Assembly (NCBI GenBank): GCA_050613775.1
Contig: JBODTK010000127.1
Span: forward strand, 124,001-188,000
Reading direction: 5' to 3'
Source of the DNA: Neocallimastix sp. 'constans'
Lineage: Eukaryota
Length of the DNA stretch: 64,000 nucleotides
The notes under the pieces were generated by a model. It ran no database searches. It was not told where the DNA came from and saw only the letters and a program-made list of their open reading frames with translations. Shown piece by piece: positions 52,988-64,000 of this stretch (positions within the stretch are counted from its first letter, which is position 1; the number at the start of each line of letters is the position of its first letter). The position numbers and the translations under genes were made by a program.

Positions 52988-54680
52988 ATAAGCTATCGAA
53001 GTAAGCTTCCTTCCATTCTTTAAATATAATAAATAAATCTCTTGATTTCTTGGGTTATTTTCAACTTCTTCTGAAGGAACCCAATCATATGAATTTTTAT
53101 ATTTATACCTTACACGATATTCATAACATTTTTTCTTATAATTGATCCTAAATCCTGCTATTTCTATAATATCCTTAATAGATTCATTATGAGATCTTCT
53201 TTTTCTATATTCTGGAGGAGTAGGAATGAAAGGCTCGAGCTCAGATATATGGAATATTGGATGGTGTTTAGGGAAAGGAGATCTTTTTAAATCTATTTTA
53301 TAATTATTATTATCTAAAGCTTCAAGTACTTTATAGGGTCCGTACTTACAAGGTGATAATTTAGAATAATCTTCGATATTAAGAGAAGGAGGACTTTGAA
53401 CCCATACTAAGTCACCTTCTTTAAAAACAGGAGGTTCTAATCTTTTCTTGTCAGCATGCCTTTTATATAATTCTTTGGAAAGTAGTAAGACGTCTTTAAT
53501 GTGATTAAAACTAGTATTTACATTTTTTATATATTTAAAATTAGTATCCATTTGAGGTAATAAAAAGAATTCGTCCATGGAAGGATGGAACCCATAATTT
53601 ATAAAGAAAGGTGTTTCCTTAGTAGATTCGTTAACCGAATTATTATATGCAAATTCTGCAAGGTAGATCCAATCTATCCAGTCATCATGATAATAAGCTC
53701 TTGAATAAGCCCTGAGATATTGTTCAATAAAAGAGTTACATCTTTCAACTTGTCCGACTGTTTCATGATGATCTGTGGTAGCTATATTATTTTTAATTTT
53801 TAATAAATGCATAAATTCATTCCAAAGAGCACTTGTAAATTGTGATCCTCTGTCTGTGTAAATATCTTGAGGTAAACCATGTAGTTTAAAGATATTATTC
53901 ATAAAAGCTTTAGCAGTTTGTTTTGCATCAGGTATTTGTTTAAAGGGAATTAAGTGGATCATTTTAGAAAAACGATCGACAACTACCATTATTACTGTAT
54001 ATCCTTTAGAATCAGGAAGACCGCATAGAAAGTCGATTTCAATAGATTTCCAAGGTCTTTCGGGAGTATCCAAAGGTTGTAGAAGACCATATTTTCTGTG
54101 CCTATTTATTTTGTTTCTTGCACAGGACTGACAAGAGTTTACATATTTAGTTACATCTTCTTTTATTTTAGGCCACCAAAAGTTTCTTGTTATTAACTCT
54201 AAAGTTCTTTTAATTCCTAAATGACCGGCAGCAGGCTTTTCATGATACTTAGTTAATATTTCTAGTCGGAGAACTTCAGGAATATAGACTAGATTATTAT
54301 AAAATATTAAATTGTCTTTTAATTTAAACTTTTCCATTTTTCTGAAGGGCTTATAGGACATATTATTTTTTACATTTTGAGGACTAAAGTAAAGTCGAAT
54401 ATCCTCAGCTGTAGCGTCAGACTTAGTAGCATCAATAATTCTTTCTAAAAGATCACTAACAATGCTAACAAAACATGGAAATTCTTTAACATTTTTAATA
54501 TCTAAAATATTTTCAGGTTTTTCTTCAATGTTATTTTTAATATAATCAGGTCTCCTAGATAGACTGTCAGGTTTTCCGTTTTTGTTTCCCTGCCTATACT
54601 TTATTATAAAATTATATTCTTGGAAGAAAAGGTACCATCTATGTTGTCTTTGATTTGCAACCTTTCCTCCTAATGTAAAT
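52982..54680 (-). CDS. Gypsy-C pol fragment: RNase H C-terminus, integrase, GPY/F and chromodomain
   Basis: NQRQHRW and GKPDSLSRRPDY upstream of the listed ATG; HEKPAAGH...CQSC, EIDFL, TDRGSQF, YGPYKV, terminal YEYRVRYKYKNSYDWVP chromodomain-like segment. Confidence 0.88.
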
Positions 54681-55065
54681 AATATATATATTTAAATAAT
54701 TAATAATTAATATAAATTCTTGTTTAATATTTAAAGGGTTATCTTAGGCCTAATAATTCTGAGAATATTAATAAATAAGGTTTATATTAATAATTAATTT
54801 CAATGATACATTTGACGTCACGTGTATTTTATTTATATTATGTTTTTATATATGTTTACAACATATCTATATTAAATTCAATTATTCAAATTAATTATAT
54901 AATTAAATTTATCCTTATATTTTATTATTATTTATATTACTATATTATTACTATCTTATAATTAAATATTATTATTATGTAACTTACAAAGTATAAAAGA
55001 AAGATGTAAAAATCTATCTTTTATGTTCTTTGTAAGGTTATTGTAAAATTACCTTAATAGTAATA

Positions 55066-55517
55066 AAAAAAAAACATAGACTTGCACATATGGGTACCCA
55101 TCTCCCATATGGCCATACAGTTATTAATTAACTGTAAGGTGATGAGTTATTGGCATACTGTATCAGCTTCGCCGCTCTCAATCGTCGTTACACACTGCCC
55201 GGAGATGCATTCCTAACGTTCCTACATATATCTCTAATGACCACGAGCATCAGAACGGAACCATTAACTCCTCCCTAGTGGGTGTAATCATTGGCGATTG
55301 GAAATTTTACAATCATCAAGGTCTATGCTTCAATTCAAAGCGTAGTATCAGGGTTGGGTGAAATAATCATCTGAGGGAAAGCCTTATGGACATCACGTGT
55401 GGTCTCATGATATCCCAGGATAGAAACCTCATCCGATTATTTGGTGCCATGCCGAGGATTCGAACCCCGCCCTCTACAGTAACCTGTATCGTCCTAACCG
55501 ACTGGACCAACATGGCA
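55066..55517 (-). mobile_element. tRNA-headed SINE, copy 2
   Basis: Head 55517-55442 identical to copy 1; ~T9-10 tail; TSD CCTTAATAGTAATA (55052-55065 and 55518-55531); the empty site is present in the sister LTR at ~45394-45407. Confidence 0.92.
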
Positions 55518-55830
55518 CCTTAATAGTAATATATTATAGATATTTTATTATTAAATAAAATAAACAAATTTAAAATTAAATTAATTTGATAATTCTAATT
55601 ATCAAAGTTTATTATAAATAAATTTTTATTAAACTAAACATTTAAATATTTATTATTTTTATTATATATCTATATAGTATATTACTATATAGACATATCG
55701 ACTTAGTGAATATTTTTTAATAAACCATATTATTTTATTTAAATTTAAACTATAAATTATATCATAATCTTAACAATATTAATGATTAATAATTTAATTA
55801 TAATTTTTTAATTAAATTATTACAATAGAG

Positions 55831-56684
55831 TGTAATAATTCTATTAAGAACTAACTCAAAATAGAATTATTAACTACAACTTAACGACTAATTCATTAAG
55901 TTGAGAAAATAAAATAAAATAAATTTTTTTTTACCTTTAGAGTAGAGTTTATTATAAAATTAATAATAATAATAACACAAAAAGTAAGAAAAGAATTGTT
56001 TGTATAAATTGATTTTAAAAATATGTTTTTGAATAAAATATTTTTATTAATTTATTAAAGTTAAAAATATAAAAATGTTACTATTATAACTATGTTTTTT
56101 ATAATAATAACTCTTGATTTCTCAAAGAGAACTCAAGAGCCTTATTTATATTTTTTTATGAAAATAAGGTTAAATAAGAAAGGGTTTTCTAATCTTAACA
56201 AATCTCTTATCTAGGAAAAGATTAGATAGAAAAACCTAGATAAGTTTTCGATCGATATTCTATCCATATCGATCATCGCATTAATTAAGTAAAACCGATT
56301 ACTTCTAAAAAGTAATTGGAAAAAATCTTAATTAACCGATTTTCCAATCTAATGATCGAAAATAAAAGAATAAAATAATAAAAGATATTTCGATCATATA
56401 ATTTATCCTTATATTAAAAATATAAAATTAAATAGTTAATAAAATACAGAATACATTATAAAATACAGAATAAAATACAATACAAAATACATTAGTTACA
56501 GTAGAGAATTTAGCATATTGTAAATATATTATTTAAAATTAATTAAATAAATTTTGTTAAATTAATGAATATTTAAAATTAAATTAAATAAATTTAATAA
56601 ATATTATATGTAATTAAATAAAGTTATAATAACTTAACTAAGAAAATATAATTATTTGCTAACAAATAATTATAGATTCTTACA
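55831..56684 (-). mobile_element. Solo LTR of the Gypsy-A/B family
   Basis: TGTAAT...CTTACA, TSD TAGAG, strong similarity to 35552-36470. Confidence 0.9.
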
Positions 56685-56769
56685 TAGAGTTGTTATGGTT
56701 CGAGGAATTCAAAAAAAAAAATTATATAATATTAAAACACAAAAAAAATTTTATTCTTTCACAATAATT

Positions 56770-57000
56770 TTTATTTATTTATTATATTTTTATTTTAATT
56801 TTTATTTTATTTTTATTATTTTTATTTATTTATTTTATTTTTATTTTATTTTTATTATTATTTTTATTTATTTATTTTATTTTTATTTTATTTTTATTAT
56901 TATTTTTATTTATTTATTTTATTTTTATTTTATTTTTATTATTATTTTTATTTATTTATTTTATTTTTATTTTATTTTTATTATTATTTTTATTTATTTT
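56770..57000. repeat. ~39-bp T-rich minisatellite
   Basis: Tandem TTTATTTATTTATTTTATTTTTATTTTATTTTTATTATT-type units; explains ORF 56656-57051. Confidence 0.8.
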
Positions 57001-57762
57001 TTTCTCTCCCCTAAAAAGGGGTTCCAAGGTAGTCAATTTATATCTTTTTGAAGATATAAAAGTAGCAAAGCCTCTGGAAGTAGTTGAAGAGATGGAAAAA
57101 CAATAGATTTTTAAATCTTATTGATTATTTCCTTATTGTAATAAATAGAAATTTTATTATTTCCTAATATTCAAATTAACCAAAATAAATCTATAATATA
57201 AAAGATGCATTATAGATAAGAATTAAACAAAAAAAAGAGAAGCAGTATTACAATAAAATTGAATACTTTAACTTAATTTTGATACTAATTTAATATGTAA
57301 TCTTATATATTAATTTGAATGACATAATAGAAAATAAAATACATTTATTAATATATGAAAAATCTTTTACAATTTTAAATACAGAAAATTTTATTTTATT
57401 TATTTCTTTCATTTCAATTATTTCTTAATTCGAAAGACAGAAATATTGATAAAGTTATTCAAGTTGTTTATATACAGGAATTATTCCTTATTTAGAAAAA
57501 TAATACTAAAAGTAATTAGTACTATGTTATTGCTAAACTCTCATAAATTTAATTTACCTTTATAAGGAATGAACATAAATTTAAATTAAATTTTATGTAT
57601 AAACTTAAATTTTCAGATCAAATAATATAGTAAAATTATTAATGTAAAGAATACATAAATTTATTAATATTTTAAAAATCACCTTGACTATATTAAAAGG
57701 TTTTTAATAAGAATCAATTTATTACTTCATTCTTTATCACGATGCCCCCGCTAAGACTCAAG

Positions 57763-60700
57763 CTATATTGTAGCTGAGTTATATTTTACTATATTTTTGA
57801 GGTGTACATTCCGATTTAATAATATTCCTGAATTTGGATCAGCTAACGTAACTGTATTAAACTTTTTCTTGATTACTTTTAAAGGTCCATTAAAATAAGG
57901 TTCTAGTTTAGTTCTACTAAAGTTTCTAACTAGGACTAAATCTCCCTCCTTGATTTCCTTAGCCTGATTCATACTTTGTTTTTCTTCTCGTCTAACAGCC
58001 CAATATTTATTTGCATTTTTCACATTTTCTGATGCTTCTATGGTCCATCTATAATGAGATATAAACTTTTCCAATAGAATTTCATCAGAAGATTTATTTA
58101 TACCTTTAGTCGGTCTTGCAGCTATATCAAAAGGTTGTTGGTCTTCACGACCATAAACTAATTCAAAACTAGAATGGTTAGTGGTACTATTTTTAACAGT
58201 TCTTAAAGCCCAGAGAGCAGAGGGTAATACCTCATCCCAATCTTTATTTTTCGTCCCAAGCAATCTAAGGAGTTTACCAATTTCTTTATTACGATTTTCC
58301 GTAAGTCCATTAGATTCGGGATGATATGTTGTAACAAATTTTATATATACATCATATAGATCTAAAAATATTTTAGTCATATCTGATGTAAATTGGGCAC
58401 CATTATCGGTGGTAATTACTTGGGGAACTCCATGACGAGAAAATACATTAATAAGGAACTTAATTACGTCTTTAGAAGTGATATTTTCAGTGGGTTCTGC
58501 TTCTCCCCACTTAGTGAAATAATCAACAGCTACTATTATATATTGATTATTACTTCTAGTTTTAACCAGTGGACCGATAATGTCCAAACCAAGATGTACA
58601 AAAGGTCCTTCCACTTTAGTAGGTAGATTTTCTGTAGGCTCTGGATAAGGTTGTGGTCGATTTAATTGACATTTTTCACACTTACTGACAACACGTTTAA
58701 CATCATTCACCATGTCGTTCCAATAATAACTCTTACGTAAACGTTGATAAGTCTTATAATAACCATCGTGTCCAATATTATGAGCCTCTAATATTAATTT
58801 TATTCTTTCATTAAGATCGGTTACTAATTTTCTATAATTGTTACCATCAATAAAGTAGTCAATACCATCAATAGTGGTGAATTTTTCATTGATAAAATCA
58901 TGTATTACTTTGGATAATAAGGCTTCATTTTCATCATTCGTAATATCATGGTTAATTATTTTCGTAGCTAAAACTACATTTTCTTTATTATTTTTCATTC
59001 GGGATAGGGCATCAGCAAGCACATTCTTTTTACCGGTTTCATATCTAATGTCTACACCAAGCATACTAGCTGTCAAACACCATCTAGTTTGCCTTGCATT
59101 ATGTGGTTCCTTATTTTTGAACAACCCTAGTAACGGTTTATGGTCCGTATATACAATAGTTGGTATTGGATTTCCATCTATATACGGTTTTAATTTAGTT
59201 ATACAATAATATAGGGCAGCACCTTCTAGGTCCGTTATACCATAATGCTTTTCTGCTCTGGTCAAACTTCTACTAATAAAGTGAATAGGGTGTTCTTTTC
59301 CAGTTTCATTATCTTTTTGTAATAACACACCTCCTATTCCATCATAAGAAGCATCGGTACGTATAATAAATTCTTTATCAAACTGAGGGAAACTTAATAT
59401 GGGTGCATTTATTAGTTTTTCTTTCAGTACTTCAAACGATTTTTGGTGTTCACTAGTCCAAACATACTTCACACCTTTCCTTAATAATTTACACAAACAC
59501 GCAGTAATTTGTGAATATTTATCGATGAAATTTCTATAGTATCCAACAGCTCCTAAAAATGAACGTAATTCATGGATGTCCTGAGGGGGTTTCCAATCTC
59601 TGATAACCTCGATTTTACTATCAAGAGGTTTTAAGCCTTTAGTGGTTAATCTATGCCCCAAAACATTCACTTCTGTTTTCATGAAGTGACACTTTTCAAT
59701 ATTAAGTTTTAATCTATTTTCTTTGAGTATGGATAAAACTTGTTGAATATGTTGGAGGTGTTCTTCAACTGTTTTAGAGTATATAAGTATATCATCGATA
59801 AAATTATAAACACACTTTCCTATTAAAGGAAATAGGATTCTATTCATTTCTCTTTGAAAGGTTGCAGGAGCGTTGGTTAAACCAAATGGCATAACTTTAA
59901 ATTGGTAGTTACCAAACTTAGTGGTGAAAGTTGTTATACCAATACTTTCTTCCTCCATTAAAATTTGGTGATATCCAGAGTATAAGTCAATGGTAGTGAA
60001 GATAGTTGCACCATTGAGACTATCAAAAATTTCATCAATGTATGGTATAGAATAAGAATCCTTTATAGTAGAATCATTAACCTTCCTATAATCTACACAC
60101 ATACGCCATTTCCCATTAGGCTTTGGTACTAGAACAATAGGCGAAGACCATTCAGAATTTGAAGGCTCAATTAACTTTTTATTAATTAACTTAGTTAATT
60201 CTTCCTTTAAAATATCTGTCTTTAATTTTGTTAGCCGATAAGCTCTTTGTTTTATAGGTTTGGTACCAGCTTTTAGATTTATTTTGTGTGGTGAAAGCAA
60301 TGATGGTGTTAATTCCTCAGACGACAGTAGCAACAATTTCTATATTGTCCTCTAATAGGTGTATTATATCAGTTCTATATTTTTCATTTAGAGTATTCAT
60401 AAATATTGTATTATGTATATATTCCATAGGTGGTAATCCTTCTAATTTCTTTAATTCCCCACCAGCATATTTTTCCTTACTATTATCCTCAAGTAATTTG
60501 TTAACACTACAAATATATTTTTCGTCAATTGCAGAATTATTTATTGGTGTAATAGAACTGATAGTACCATCCATGTTATATTTACATAAGCAATTATTTA
60601 AGGGATTAATAAATAATCTATTATCAACTATAGTTTTTAAATTAATTAGCATGTCATAAAATGGTTCCTCTTTTTCTACAATTCGGAAATCAATTAACAA

Positions 60701-61972
60701 TGAAAGCTCATTAATTTTCACAGGTATCCTAACGACTATTCCTTCAGAGTATTCATCGTCTCTAGTGGCAAGCATTATTCTACCACAACTATGACCAACA
60801 ACGGTATATTGGTATGGTAGAGAATTATAATATTTTTGTGACATAATATTTAAATTACTACACGTATCAATAAGTAATTTTCCAGATACACCATCAACAG
60901 AGGCATCTACCATTGCAATATCCTCCTCTGTTATTTCTGTACTTTTACTTTTATAGTTATGATCAACATTATTAACTAATGTTGTAGTAGCAACTACATT
61001 ATTAATAGCGCCAACAACATTAGTGGTGGCTTTTACTAGTTTTAAACCTTGGGAAACTTGACTTCTTATTTTAGGCGCAGCATTCCAAAGCTGTCCAAAG
61101 GTAATATTACACTTGGTATTGCTTAAATCATCCCATACATCATATTCCTTATAATTAGAAAGCATTTTAATAATTCGATTTACCCGAGGTATTTTCATAC
61201 TATTATTATTATCATTATTATTATTATTATTAATACCATCTGTATTAATTAATTTATTTAATATATTTTTATTATTCGTTACATGATTATTATCGATAAT
61301 AGTTTCATTATTATTAATATTAATAGTATTATTATTATTAATATCATTTACGACTGGGGTTTTTCTAATAGTTCCGTTGTTACTATTATTAGGATTACTA
61401 GTATTATTATTATTATTTTTGTCTTTTTTTCTTTCTCTAGTTTGGTTAATTTCCCTTGGAGCTTCTACATTATCAACTTTTGAAGTTATTTCCTCTTTAT
61501 TAGTAATTAAGTTTACATTAGACTGACTGGATGATGCAGTTTCGAATTCTTTAGAATTAGTACTAGATTTCAAAAATCTTTCTTTATCACGTATTGCTTT
61601 TTCAATTTTCTTTTCTTTATTGATATTTGGTTGCATAATTATTGATGTTTGCAACTGTTTCTTATGAGGTATCACCTCTTCAGTTTCCAATTCTCTTTCT
61701 TTTCTTTTTCTTAATGCAGGAGTGTTTATAGGTCGTGGATTATCACGTAGGCTTTTATGAATTTTCCTTCCTTTTCCATTATCTAACTCAACATCACTTT
61801 CATCAAGTTTTCTTTTTGCCGCACCGACAAAATATTCTCCTACCTGATCATGACTTTTGATAGTATAATCCACTCTGTAGTCTTTACTTTCTGCATCAGA
61901 AGAATTGGAAGTATATTTTAATGAAGCTATTTTTTTGATGGGAGTGCTTCCTCTCCCTTCTACTGGTTTAAA
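57763..61972 (-). pseudogene. Gypsy-D pol (PR, RT, RNase H, IN); one frameshift near 60325
   Basis: LLIDTCS protease, MCVDYRK, FIDD, TDAS, H-H-C-C, GLDII, TDNGAQF, NGLTENRN; frame open back to the slippery site at 61972. Confidence 0.92.
61940..61972 (-). promoter_or_regulatory. Candidate -1 ribosomal frameshift signal (U_UUA_AAC plus hairpin)
   Basis: T TTA AAC in gag frame just before CAG TAG, 8-nt spacer, GGGAG-N8-CTCCC stem; the -1 frame runs open into ORF 61873. Confidence 0.8.
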
Positions 61973-62918
61973 GGTCCTTTGGAAAAAATCTGTTTCTTAT
62001 TTTCTTCTATAATGGCTTGTAGTTTGGGACAATGTTGTTGATAATGTCCAGGTTCCTTACAGAAGAAACAGGTTTTGACGGTAGAGTTTCTTGGTCCACG
62101 TGTAAGGTTCTCCCTTTCACTTTCATCAGAAACTTTCCTATTGTCCCTGTTTTCATAAGTATTTCTTGGTGGTGAACTACGACTCTTATTATAATTATTA
62201 TTATTATTGTTGGAAACATTTCTATTAGGACTTGGTACACGATGTAACCTCACAGCAAGTCTATCCACTTTTTCTGCAATTTCATAAGTTTGAAAGTGGT
62301 ATATCATCAATTAAAGTTACTCTTTTCCAGGCCTCAATATTATTCTCAAGTGCATCAGCATAGTCCAAGATACTGATTTGTTTTTTTGTGAGTTTTATCT
62401 AATTTTAAATATAATGTCCGATATCTTTTATTAAAATCCCTTACTTTTTCATTTCTACCAATTTTAAGAGCACGCAATTCCCTTAATAAGGTATTCTGAT
62501 CTTCCTTTGCCCCATAGAATACTTCAAGAGCGTTGACGATCTCGACAAAAGAAGGATAACGGTTAGTTCTAACACTATCATTACTAGAACTACTTGAACT
62601 AGTAGAGCTACTGGTGCTAGATCCTGACATCTCATCAGTATCAGTGGAACCATTCAATTCTACATCTTCTTCTGCTGTAGTAGCAGGTAGTTCTAATTCT
62701 TGGATAATTTGTCTTGGTTCACCAGTAGACGTTAATAGGCAAGCAACAAAAATAGTTTTTGGATCAGTGATATTTTGTAATTGAATCCATAACTCAATTT
62801 CAGAAGCCCAAGATTTTATATCCAAATGGTCCTTGTTTAATTTATCAACATATTTTAGTTCCTTTTTAAGATCTTTAAATGAAGGAACATTAGTAGTATC
62901 ATTAGTAACTGAAGCCAT
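61960..62918 (-). pseudogene. Gypsy-D gag with CCHC knuckle, frameshifted around 62310-62385
   Basis: ORFs 62963-62355 and 62310-61960; LRALKIGRNEKVRDFNKRYR; CFFCKEPGHYQQHC. Confidence 0.85.
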
Positions 62919-63550
62919 ATTTCTTGAGTAGAAATTATACAGTAATATAGGTAAAATATTCAAAATAAAAATAATAATATTTTTTTTTTTTTTTTTTTTT
63001 TTTTATGTGTGTGTGAGTATGTTATAGATATATATAATATAGTATTAGAATTTATAAGTTTACAAACACTTCAGAGATTAAAAAAAAATTGGTAAGTTTA
63101 CAAACACTTCAGAGATTAAAAAAAATAAGTAAAAATTTTTTTTTTTTTTTTTTTTGTTTTTTTTTTTTTTTTTTTTGTTTTGTTTTATTTTGATATCCAA
63201 GATTAAAATATTTTATAATTATTGTTTATTAAATTATATCTTTATAGTTATTTATATGAGGTTCGAAATACACTTCGACCACCTACAAGAAATATATTTT
63301 TAGGTTCGAATAACACTCGACCACCTAAGGAAATTTTATATTATTGGTTCGAATACCTTTCGATCACCAATAGAAGATATAATTATATTAAGGTTATAAG
63401 CTCGAATGACACTTCGACCACTTATAATGATAATTATTTGGTTCAAGATACACCTCGACAACCAAATCAAACAGGTAGTAAAAAAAAAAATATAGTAGTC
63501 TTTCTTCTTTGGCTCAATTTCACTTAACCACAGAGTAAGAACAGTAAACA

Positions 63551-63597
<47 letters not shown>

Positions 63598-64000
63598 GAA
63601 TTCAGTACACTAGAATTTCTTATATGTAGCACGGAATAAATTAATTGCTAAATTAAAAAAATTAATATGGAAAATTTATAAATATTTCTTATATATATAT
63701 TATTAGCTTTATATTATTTTCGGATCCGCAGATTCTTTACAGGGCCGTTCGACCTCCACTATTGAACCGTCAGAATAGTGAATATAACAGAGTAGTGTGT
63801 GCCTGTACGAACACGGGACCTTACCACTTTTTCTATTCTGTTATCACTTGTATCACTAAACCTTATTCAATAATGCTCTACTACCTCCCTATGTGTAAAG
63901 CAATCCTTCTCCTATTCTCTAATATAAACGTCTAATTTTTATATCTATATATATCAACAGTCTTGGTATCAATATATAGATACTATATATATGTATATAT

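Larger units (their letters stand above)
44025..55775. mobile_element. Gypsy-C chromovirus, rearranged: split outer LTR on + strand, inner RH/IN-LTR-gag segment on - strand
   Basis: TGTTGA...TTAACA termini, TSD ATATT (44020-44024 and 55776-55780); LTR pieces 44025-44152 (+), 45150-45759 plus 52302-52404 (-), 54676-55775 (+). Confidence 0.85.
37150..55824 (+). mobile_element. Gypsy-B (Tf1/sushi-like, relative of Gypsy-A); 5' LTR ~37150-38121, 3' LTR 43070-44024 plus 55781-55824 (split by Gypsy-C)
   Basis: Near-identical LTRs, PBS 38122-38133, PPT AAAGGGAGCAA before TG at 43070; the LTR resumes exactly after the ATATT duplication at 55776-55780. Confidence 0.92.
57280..64000 (-). mobile_element. 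Gypsy-D (non-chromovirus); probable 3' LTR ~57280-57739, 5' LTR outside the window
   Basis: PPT-like AGCGGGGGC near 57744-57752; TGATA...TATCA candidate termini (left boundary unverified); gag-pol to the right. Confidence 0.8.

Noticed and set aside
57137..57252. 116-bp TGTAATA...TATTACA mini-LTR
   Set aside because: No TSD and no second copy; can occur by chance in AT-rich DNA.

Overview
Extremely AT-rich eukaryotic DNA with short GT-AG introns, most consistent with an anaerobic gut fungus (Neocallimastigomycota-like; inferred from composition only). The first ~14 kb holds an intact DNF3-like P4-ATPase flippase (two small 5' exons missed by the ORF track), an intact intronless D5-like SF3 helicase of large-DNA-virus type, and a decayed FIP1 pseudogene. 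The remaining ~50 kb is a nested transposon cluster: three Ty1/Copia elements, four Ty3/Gypsy coding elements plus relics and solo LTRs, one Mutator-like DNA transposon and two copies of a tRNA-headed SINE. Most notable: (1) all three Copia elements share a primer-binding site complementary to the anticodon arm of tRNA-Lys(CUU), implying half-tRNA priming; (2) the SINE has an encoded CCA, a poly-T tail and compensatory changes in a 3' hairpin; (3) one Gypsy is circularly permuted and internally inverted yet has a clean TSD; (4) two Gypsy elements are fused head-to-head through an LTR palindrome; (5) four LTR elements show Tf1-type self-priming; (6) the viral-type D5 gene lies between diverged inverted repeats. 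All calls were made by eye with no database searches; boundaries may be off by a few bases.
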